Below are positions 54,194-64,000 of a DNA stretch of 64,000 nucleotides, in pieces (within the stretch, counting starts at the first letter, position 1; every line of letters begins with the position of its first letter). A program made the translations under genes and the position numbers. The notes below the pieces were generated by a model. The model searched no databases and had not been told where the DNA came from. It saw nothing but the letters and a program-made list of their open reading frames with translations. Source of the DNA: Xylographa opegraphella (Eukaryota); assembly GCA_022813865.1 (NCBI GenBank), contig JALDZX010000002.1, positions 310,001 through 374,000 of the forward strand. Direction: 5' to 3'.

Positions 54194-55277
54194 GGCTTTG
54201 GTGGCAGGAGCTTAAAAGCGTGTATTTATAGGTGCAAGCACATCGTCCAACTAAACTTACGTCGCAGCTATAGCTCTTAGTGTGGCATCAGGAAGCTACC
54301 TATGATTGCTACCTATTTCTTAAGCATTTCTGTGTGACCTAACGCCCCTCGGGACTCAATGACGCCTCGTTTCTACGGTATTCCCCTCGTCAAATAGTTT
54401 CGGAGATGAATATCATGATTGTCCTGCCGCATTTTTCCCACCAATTCCAGATCCTCGACCATATATCTAGATCTCTATCCTCCAGCATATGCTATATCGA
54501 CAGAATCATTCTCCTCTCCCAATACTACCACCACTGGAGCAACATGATAATCAACGAAAAGCGCCAATATTGTGTGAGGAATGGCGATCAGACCTCCATG
54601 GGCTGAATGTCTAGGAGTGGATAAGGCGAGCTACATCTCAAGTGGGACTGCCGCGGCACCGGGTAACAGCAATTGTACCGCGGCAGCCTTGCTATTTCGT
54701 GCCGGCAGTCAAGAAACATGGCATATCAGCGAGGCGCCCGTCGCATCCATGGCCAGCATATATCGATATCGGTTCCACGCAGTTCAAAGCCGTGGAACAG
54801 TTCAGTGGACCGCCAGAGGCCATCGTAAAGCCACTAAGCCTGAAACGGCCTCTAGTGGTCCGGCCCGCCGCCACAGAAAGTAATCGATAGACATCCGGGC
54901 CAGGTGCAATTTCAAAGCAACAAATGATACTCTCCACTGTGAAGCACAGGCACAGCGCTAATGGCGTTAGATATCAGTAGATTTCGACCAATGGTCCCAT
55001 CCTATGCATGAAACAACAACGGCTGAACATCTCGTGCATGAATTCTCCCTGCAGCACAGTGATCTTACTCAGCTCAGCTGACCAGAAAGTATTTAGTACC
55101 TTGTAGAGCACAATATATTCGAGAATCCAGTCTTAATTCTCACTATCTGACGCTTCCATAAGTTCAGCTCTTGCTCCTTAAGTACGTCCAGAATCATTCC
55201 GGCAGCTACCCAATCAATTGTCTCCTGAAGTTCTCGGCAAGTGCTTGTTTTCCTCACAGTATTACAATTGAATCACA

Positions 55278-56351
55278 ATGGCTCCCACTGCGGTTGAGAC
55301 CAACCCCACCCCTAGCGTCGATCCCGCAAAGCTCTCAAATGTCCTTAATGGGAAGGGAGAGCATTTCACGGTCGAGTCATTTAATGCCAAAGAGACAAGC
55401 ATCGAAGAACTGAGAGCATCCCTGATTCACAATGGCGTGCTCTACTTCCGCAACTTGCTCACCAAGGAAGACATGGATCAGATTACCAAGGAATGCCAGC
55501 AATACCTTGATGATGATACTCCATGGGAGGGCGTCTGCTTCCCTCCTCAGACACGCCGTATCTCGGGTTTAGCATTCAAATCCCCTACTTTCCGCAAAAA
55601 GGTTATCATGAACCCACAGTGGCTTGCTCTCTCGGACAGTATGCTAACCTTGGAGGACTCTGCATGGTTCGGTGACGTACAAGCGAAAGCTGCGGGCCGT
55701 CCCATCAACGGCGGATCCGTTTGCTTTCTGATCGGCCCAGGGGCGACGGCACAAGGACTACATCGAGATAACATGATTTACCACGCAAGGTTCCCGCGGA
55801 TTACGCCAGACGAATATACCACAGGCCGTGATACTGGCCTCGCCCTATTTCTCGCTGGAACCAAAACCACAAAGGAGAACGGAGCGACACGCTTCGTTCC
55901 AGGCTCACATCTTGGAGCTAGTGGTGAGAGACCAAGTGAAGAAAACGTACATTATGGAGAGATGGAGCCAGGAGACGCGATGATCATGTTCACTTCAATG
56001 CATCATGCTGGATCGGCCAACACTTCGTATGAAAATAGGCTGGTATACACCACCTTCAGCTGCCAGGGTATACTGCGGCAGGTGAGTACAAGAACCTCAA
56101 ATTCCAATGAGAAGGTGACTGATCGCCGCATTTCATGATAGTTCGAAAACCAGTACCTTGCAATTCCACCAGAAGAAGCAGCGAAATGGGACGATGAGAC
56201 TCTAAGAGTATTAGGTTATACTGAGTGTGCACCGTTTCTTGGTGGAGTGGACTTTATGGATCCGATGATCGCAATCAGAGGACAGAAAACCGGCAAGCGT
56301 ATGGACATGACCCACTTGGACATACTGTCGAACAAGGACGTGACAGAATAG
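55278..56351 (+). CDS. Phytanoyl-CoA dioxygenase (PhyH) family Fe(II)/2-oxoglutarate dioxygenase; 1 intron
   Basis: IGPGATAQGLHRD, KENGATRFVPGSH, GDA...HHAGSANTS...R, LRQ|FENQYL. Confidence 0.92.
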
Positions 56352-57639
56352 TTATAGGTTAAGTCCGAGAAGAAAGGACGCGTACACTACCAGAGGGTAT
56401 GGATAGACATCAAATGACAATACCATGACCACCTCTATTGCTGCGCAAGAGCGTATTTTGCAGATAACATCTTTAGACTGATAGAACATTTATGCCAGTC
56501 ATAAGATATTGATCTGAACAAGCTGCATATCGTTTTCAGCCATGGCTTCCTCGGTCCACCGAGCAGGCCACAAGCAGACTTAGCGGTCATTCCTGACCGC
56601 TACAGAAGTAGGACCGTAGTGCCTGGTAGATCGTCGACAGGCCGCACATGGTGGGTTATAATAAGCATCGGAGAAGGACATGCAGTGGTGAGACCTGTGG
56701 TCTGTTGATAGGTATATTGGTTTAGAAATTGTGCATACCACAGTATGTAAGGAATCACGTGGGCAGACAAGTCTCCTGCATTAGGTCTAGTAGCTCCTGC
56801 TGTGCTGACTCGGCTGGTGGATAAGGTAGTCTGAGAATAGTTAGTCTAGATGGACTAGGACCAGGATAACCTAGCAGAGTGAACATCGGATGATTCTCAC
56901 CCTCCGTAGAGAGTACTCCGTACTGAGTATAGAGTAAGATTCTCTAGTCGCTACTACACTGTAAGAGACCCATAATATGCTTAGATACCTCGCTACGATC
57001 GTGGATCGGACAACTCTGACCGTGCTTACCACGAATACACGATGGCTATTGTCGTGACCTTACAAATGCCTGGACGATCAGCTTCGTGGGGCACAGACCT
57101 TTGAGACGACGTTGGACCACTTCCATCAGTACCTTGTACTCATGGACGATCTTTTTCAGCTGTGCATGATACTGACCTAGTTGTATACGCCATGACAACA
57201 ACCACTGGATGCGCAAGCCAAAGAAACGGCATAGCGCATAAGATTCTGGGTGCTGCTTTCATTCGCCGACGAAAAGAAATCCTCTCAGGCCACGGACACA
57301 TCAGACACATCCGACACACCACTACTCATGCACGATTGGCACCCTGGCCTCGTCATTTTTTAATGCTTATGACCTACGCATTGGCGGCTGATAACGTCTA
57401 TATGAAGACAATGGCAGCCCCCAATTCGTGATGGGGCAATATTGCGTTTGTGGTGTCCGCACAGACCACGTGTACATCGAATTCCATCCAATAGCTGAAC
57501 GGCCAACATCACCACTATTCAAGGCGTCTTCGCGGCTCGGCCCATCCAAGCCCCCAAGCTATCAAACTACTCTAAGCAACCACACCTGCATTCCATCCAC
57601 CCAATCATATTTCAATTGGATTGACCGCCCAAACTCACA

Positions 57640-58919
57640 ATGTTGCAGAAGATGATACCACGAACCACAAAGCAGTGGACTATTGAAGGTCATGAGGGAT
57701 GGGATCAGTCTTTAAAATTCTCCGAGAACGCTGTGGTTGGAGATATTGGCGATCACGATGTTCTTGTCCAGTGTAAGATACCTCTATGCACATTGAAGAA
57801 GATTCAACACTGAAAGATACAAGTCCATGCAGCTTCCGTTAATTACAGAGACCTCATAATGGTCAAGGTTAGCTCGTTTGCATATTCGCACTCACTGCTT
57901 AGAAAGCTCACATCTGATAGGGTTTATATAAATACGCTCAAAATCTTGGTGTGGTTGCAGGCTCCGATGGAGCTGGCACCGTAGAAGCTGTAGGCCAGCA
58001 GGTCACACGCTTCAAACCCGGTGACAACGTAGTGACAAATTTTCATCAAGGCCATATATATGGCGCGCCAGACATGGCGGCTCTATGCAGTGGTCTAGGT
58101 GGTGCTTTGGATGGTGTAATCCGCGAATTTGGCGTGTTCAACGAGCAAGGGCTTGTTCGTATGCCGCGTAATCTTAACTTCTTGGAAGCCAGCACACTAT
58201 CTTGTGCAGCTGTCACCGCATGGAACAGCCTGTACGGGCTCGAAAGCAAGGCACTCAAGGCCGGAGACTGGGTACTCGTTCAGGGAACTGGAGGCGTCAG
58301 CATCTTTGGTCTTCAGGTACGTGGATACTGAACAAAACAACTGAGCAACAATCTCGATCAAGGCTAAAACGTCCTAGTTTGCGAAAGCGGCTGGTGCCAA
58401 AGTAATAGCAACTACATCATCACCGGAGAAAATAGAGAAGTTGAAAAACCTCGGAGCTGATCATGTCATCAACTACAAGGAGGACGAGAAGTGGGGTGAA
58501 ACTGCGAAGAGCCTGACTCCGAACCAAGAGGGCGTGCATCACGTCCTAGAAGTAGGAGGACCTGCCACTATCGCACAGGTAGGCTTGTCGTGATCCCAAG
58601 CCCAAGTTGTCTCCGACTGAATGATATACAGGCTTTCAAGGCACTCAAGTTTGACGGTAACATCTCCATCATCGGCTTCCTGACTGGCTATACTGGAGAC
58701 GGTCAATCCTTCTTGGATTGCTTGACCCACTACTGCACAGTGAGGGGGATAATCGTCGGATCGCGTGCTCACTTCGAGGACATGAACAAGTGCATCGAGG
58801 CCAACGATATCCATCCAGTGATTGACGAGAAGATCTTCTCACTGGAGCAGGCCAAGGAGGCCTATCAATATCTATGGGAGCAAAAGTTCTTTGGGAAGGT
58901 TGTCATCAAGATTGATTAG
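57640..58919 (+). CDS. Medium-chain (zinc-type, quinone-oxidoreductase-like) NAD(P)-dependent dehydrogenase, multi-exon
   Basis: HAASVNYRDL, GSDGAGTVEAVG, EASTLSCAAVTAWN, VLVQGTGGVSIFGLQ|FAKAAGA, GADHVINY, FGKVVIKID*. Confidence 0.92.
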
Positions 58920-59330
58920 TGAACATCTCACATAGATATACGATAGAACGACATAGATAGAATAATACCCATCATAGAGCCCTTTCTCACAGTTCCTTGC
59001 ATGTATGGGTTCGATTGAAAACGTGTATCTTGCAGGACTTGAGAAATTGTACGTGCTTCTATTCCAGCAAGATTACGACTCGGAGGCACTTTCAAGCGAT
59101 AACTGGCATCGCGTACATCAAACATACTCCAAGCAAGACCCGTGAACTAGCTTAAGTGAGGATCATAGGTATACATGCGATTCCAAAGCACAAAGAAGTA
59201 AATACCACAAGCGCACACGGTATTGAGTTCATGAAACCGAGCATACTTTTGGAGGAGTCTTTGATTGAGCAGAAGAGCAGAGCTCGAACTGCCTGCTATT
59301 CAAATCTCGGTGGACCAATAGTCCAACTAT

Positions 59331-59900
59331 CTAAGCATCTTCGACAACCACCGTCTGCAAACTCTTCGGGTTCTTGACGTTTACCGCTTGCACATAGCTG
59401 TAGAGCTTCTCCTTTGCGTCTTCCTCGTCGTTACGCTTTCTCGAGATGCGCACCCGCAGGCGGAAGGGAACGCCCTTGATACCTGATTCCCAGACCTTCT
59501 TATTGAGCTGCGGATCTAATCGAACGTCATGTGTTCCCTAAAGTGAAGCAGGAAGTAAGTACATGCGCATTCGATCCGGACTGCCCCCGCTCTCGGCACA
59601 AGCAGTCGACAAGGAAGACTTACCATCGCCTTCTCGGCAAACTTCCTAATCTCCTTGATCGCACGCGGCGCCCGCTTCTTGAACGAGACTCCGTGAACCT
59701 ATTTCCCGCAAGTGCGAATCAGTCTTCCGTCCTAAATACTCCGAAGAGCCATATAGTGGACTTCATCAAACTAATTTGTGTGGTGGAGCACATACTCTCT
59801 TGTGAAGGTGGATCGTGTATTCGCGGGCGACGACGTCGGCGATGGCTGAGCGACCTCCGGTTTTGCCTGCAGGCTTGCCGGCTTTGGTTTTGGGCGCCAT
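59331..59900 (-). CDS. RPL31: 60S ribosomal protein L31 (eL31); 2 introns
   Basis: [31 protein letters not shown]...[51 protein letters not shown]. Confidence 0.97.
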
Positions 59901-60514
59901 TGGGAGTACTGTGTCGTGGTCAGCGTTTGTGCGGCATGGTAGACTTGGGATACCTACGAGCCTGTTCTCTTGTGATGATAATGGCTTTCGACCTGGTGTC
60001 CTCGCGATTTTTCTTTCTTGGGCGGAACTCAACGTGTTGGTTGTGGAATTCGCTTAGCGATAGGGCTGCATTAAACGAGTAATGTCACGTGCTATAGATG
60101 TCCCTTTTGTAGTTCACAATCTAATGCCAATTGTAGATCATTGAAACGAGGAAATACAGGACTCTCCCACGGTTTTGACCTCCAGTCTGTCACCGGAAGT
60201 GATTATTAACTGATAATTCTAGCTAGAGATACTCAAACGTGTACGTATTGCCAGCTCTGTACGACAAAGCAATTCCTGCCAGCTCAGGATTCCGCACACC
60301 CAGGTGACGACTCGAGCTAAGGTAAGGTAGATACCTAGATACTTTAGTCCGTTAACCTGCCGCCAAAGCATGCAGTTTACTCGGCACGAAATCGCACTCG
60401 GCGTGTCTCGTCGGTCGAGCGAGTACTGTTAGGACTTGGCAGGAAGAGTATGAATGACATAATGACCATTGACGATTATCGTTATACCACATCTCGCATC
60501 AGAGAGTGATTTAG

Positions 60515-61330
60515 TTTCTGTTGTTCCTCGACGCATGCAGAGCGTATTCATGATTGAACAGAGTCCTTGCCCGCTTCACATCGCCTGGCAGCGTTCCGCG
60601 GAGCATCCCTGTATCCCACACAAAGTCGGCTCCCGTGCCACGTATCGCCGGCCCGCACGGAGCAAAGGACCCCTTGGCTAAGGTAGGTTGGCCCCCGGGC
60701 TTTGCATCCGGCCATATCAAGGACAAAGTTTGACCACTACTGCCACGAGGTCCTGACGCTCTAATATCTAGTCTAGGTCCGAATTTGCGATAAAACAGCA
60801 CTCATCAAGTGTTGCAACAACGTGCATGAAAGACTTCGTGTGGGTGCTATTGCAGACGTAGAGTAAGGCAGACCAACGAATTTCAGGCGCCTACCGGACG
60901 TTCTGCGTACGTTCTTTGGGGTCGGCGCGTGAAAGTACCTGCATTTCTTGTTAAAGTATCGCGGAAGCACCTATCCTAGCGGAGGTCTTGCAGTGAGCGA
61001 ATCATGTTTCGAGGCTGACCCTCTGCGCGAAGCATGAGGGCGCCGTATCGACCAAAGCAGCGAGGAACTGCCTCTTGTGTCTGACGGGTCCGCAGTCAAA
61101 CACATCACTTGCACCTGGCACCCACCACCAACCAACGGATATCCCGAATCACCGGGGTGGGTTTGCCCTAACAACGTACCCACGCTCCTACGGTACACAG
61201 TAAGGTAGTCAGCGATGTGCAGGTCATGGGCCGATCCACCTTCTCGGGCGCAAGCCACAACCCTTGATCGTTTGCTGCCCGAGGCGGTCGAAGCTGTCGG
61301 CTGCCCCCCCACCATCACGGGGGGAGTGGT
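60515..61330 (-). ncRNA. Candidate large structured non-coding RNA of unknown class
   Basis: Dense nested helices whose non-Watson-Crick pairs are mostly G-U on the minus strand; TATA tract ~30 nt upstream; no credible protein; ends approximate. Confidence 0.55.
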
Positions 61331-61358
61331 GCTGGATCTAAAGCTGATGAGCTGCGAC

Positions 61359-61377
61359 ATATATATATATAATATAT
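61359..61377. promoter_or_regulatory. Extended TATA tract (ATATATATATATAATATAT)
   Basis: Longest TA run I saw in the window, immediately upstream of the minus-strand structured region and ~700 bp upstream of the divergent ELL-like gene. Confidence 0.55.
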
Positions 61378-62066
61378 CAAGCATCAAGCGGTCGGAGTCG
61401 GGATGGTGGTCGAAATTAGAGTCTTCAGGACCAACAAGGCGCAATGATTAAAAAGGTTGGAGCACGTTTTGATCGTTTCGCGATCCGTCGGTTCAAGGAT
61501 GTCAGACCTATCCCATCCTATCTTAAGCAGCTCTCGAACCCCTGTCGCCCGAAGCTTCTTTTCTTTGACAAGCCTCCCCCACACCACTGCAGCAGAAAGC
61601 AGCTTGTCTCGCCCTTCTTCCGCCTCCATTCATCCTCCCATTCCAGTCGGGAGGCGGTGTTCTGTATCCCCTCAACCATCCCTCACGAAGCCATGCCACT
61701 CGTTCGCCCCGTAATTCCGGCTCCTTGCAGCTGCTGACTAGCCAAACCTTGAGTAATCACCATTGTCGAAGCCGCTGTCATCCAGTCTCCCATTGCTGCT
61801 GACCTTCACTCACCACCACTTAACACTAAACACCGCTCGCTCTTCACTCTTCATTCACGCAGTCGGAGTCACAGCAAACCACAATAGCGCTATTGCTGAA
61901 CAATACAAACAGCACCAGCCTCCCTATTGAAGTGCTTTGGGCTCTTCATCAATGGGAGTCACCTTTAAGTTTGGTCTGCGATAGCAGGATGCCCCTCCAC
62001 TAACTGACATAAATCTCCCACATTCTTTGCCCACATCTTCATCTCTAACAACGCAGCCTTCACTGC

Positions 62067-64000
62067 ATGTCTGCACATATTGGTCGATCCAGTATGGCTA
62101 CTCTCGACATCCCCACGCAGGGCCTAGAGCTTCTCGACGTTCCTGTCGGCAATGACACTCCTTCCACCTCCAATCCTACTCTCAACACTCGCCAGGTAAT
62201 GCTGTTGGACGTACCTGGCAGTTTCCTTGACGAGATTCTAACTAACGCTCGTTCGGGCGGGAAGGATACCCAAATAACATTAGGCAAGGCGCCTGTAAGT
62301 CTCGTTGTCCTTGTCTACTTGGTCTTTCCTTGCTAAGGTGTCTGGTGCAGGCTCTCAATGTCAAAGGCAAACAACACACCGTTCATCTGACGCCAACCCA
62401 AACTGCCTTCAAACTGCTATTCAGCATCAATAAGCGTATCGCTCCACCAGCTAAGAAAACGTTGCAGTGCGAAGGCTTCGTTACCCGACAGATCAGACTC
62501 GGAAATATCAAGGTTGCAGAAACGGAGGAAAATGACCCTGCTCTGCTAGCACTTCAGCGCGGCTTGGCTGACGCCGAAAAGAAGAAGCGGTCCAACACGT
62601 AAGACCTTACGTTCTCTCAACCGTTTGCTCTAGCTTGACTAACATGAATGGCTTCAAGAACTATCTTCCTCAAAGATTCAAGACTTCCTACCAAAGGAAA
62701 AGCAAAGGCGAAAGCAGGCCCGTTAGCTTTCCTTAAAAAGTCTCAGCTCCCCGGGATTTTCGATCATCGTAATGCCACTACCCGCTCTATGCCAGCGAGT
62801 CCATCGCTCGCAGCTGTTGCACCTCCAAAACCGCGCCAGGACGAGAAAGCGCGCAAGGCCGAAGCAATGAAGACTGCGCTCATCCATCTCCTTGCCGTCC
62901 GTCCAGTCTCCGAACGTTTCATTTGTAACACGTTGAAATGCACGCCAGAAGAAATTAAGGGACTGTTACATACATATGGCCGAGAGTCACCGATTGACAA
63001 GAAGAAGCTCATGCTATCTGACAGGGGCTACCAAATATTGGACGTATGGAAGTTCCCCTATGCAAGCCAGGATGACCGACAGGCTGCAATAGATCGTGCC
63101 ATCAAAGCCTTTGACAGACGCCGAGTCTCTCGTGAAGAGAATGCGTGGCAGTTGTTACTACCAAAAAAAGACCGTGGCAAGGGGATCATCTTATCGTTGC
63201 TAAATCTCCATGGTCACCCTATAGACCAAATTGTCGGGACACCTCGCATCAATGTTCAGGACGCTGATGGCACCAAATTGGGGGGAGACGCTACAGGCAC
63301 TGATGGCGCGGGTACTGATAGCGACAATCGCAGAGGTCGACTGGCTCCGGATAACTCTCAGCCAATAGCTCGCTCGAGATCACAAGACTCGATCAAGAAG
63401 CAAAGGGTTAGTGAGAAAGAAGCGCAGAGTCGACGTCTTCTCTCGAAAAACCCAAAGAAAGCCTCACAAGCTGCCGTCACCAAGAGAAACAAAGTAACTA
63501 TGAATAAGGAGGCGAAGACGGCCGGCTCCACTGACACGACGAAGGTCAAGTCCGCAGAGTTTGTTCGAGACTCCGACGAGGACGTCGAGATGGAGGATGT
63601 AGCCGAGGTTGAAAGTACCCAGGTCAACTCACGACATGTCAAGAATGACTCGAAGCGGGGTGATTCAAACACGAAGAAGGATACGGCATCGCAAAAGGTT
63701 CTTTCAAAGCCAGAGAACTTTGATCCTAAGAGATCTGTTGCACAAAAAACCTTGCCACAGAAGATTCTAGTCCCAGCGTCCAAAGCGAACTCTGAAAAAA
63801 AGCCAACTTTAACCAATTCTTCCAGCTCCGGCTCGATCAATCGGCTCTCTGACACAAGTCAAGCATCAACTGATATGCGGCGCACCATCTCACACAAGCG
63901 GACTACCAGCTCACCCATAAAACCATCCCCACTCGGGTCTTCTCCACCGGCCAATGCATCTGATTTCGACAATGAGAAGCGCAAGTCTCAAGGTTCCTCG
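62067..64000 (+). CDS. RNA polymerase II elongation factor ELL-like protein (winged-helix region); runs off the window end
   Basis: Spliced (introns ~62295-62350, ~62599-62658); KTALIHLLAVRP, LSDRGYQILDVWKFPY..DDRQAAIDRAIKAFDR.RVS...WQLLLPKKDRGKG; start ATG at 62067 or 62094. Confidence 0.75.

Noticed and set aside
60515..61330. Structured region as telomerase RNA, RNase P/MRP, snR30 or a spliceosomal snRNA
   Set aside because: No CCCUAA-type template on the structured strand. The GAAAUUCG resemblance to RNase P CR-I has no matching CR-V. No MRP GAAAGUCCCC/GGGGCUUA, no snR30 AUAUUCCUA/AAACCAU, and no U1/U2 5' motifs.
60971..61444. 157-aa minus-strand ORF and overlapping ORFs over the structured region
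   Set aside because: The frame runs through the TATA tract, has no recognisable motif, and is explained by GC-rich helices.

Overview
Gene-dense, intron-containing genomic DNA of a filamentous ascomycete (Pezizomycotina-type GT/GC-AG introns with CTRAY branch points). I found no transposon, rRNA, tRNA or CRISPR signal. About 21 protein-coding genes, in order: Ran/GSP1 (truncated), NAS2, a large Ser/Thr-rich five-module PAN/apple-like surface protein, DUS3, SFP1, a DUF7587-like protein, a 49-aa Cys/His microprotein missed by the ORF track, a small hypothetical, GWT1, a Kre9/Knh1-like GPI protein, a large hypothetical, an Mss4/GFA-like protein, a Trk K+ transporter, laeA, a WD40 protein, TFIIA large subunit, CDC20, Ral2-like Kelch-BTB, GH1 beta-glucosidase, PhyH dioxygenase, MDR dehydrogenase, RPL31 and an ELL-like protein (truncated). 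The most striking unexplained element is an ~800-nt run of nested, G-U-containing helices on the minus strand behind a long TATA tract between RPL31 and the ELL-like gene. It is a candidate large structured ncRNA that lacks the hallmark motifs of the standard fungal ncRNAs. Gene identities rest on recognised motifs, not database searches.
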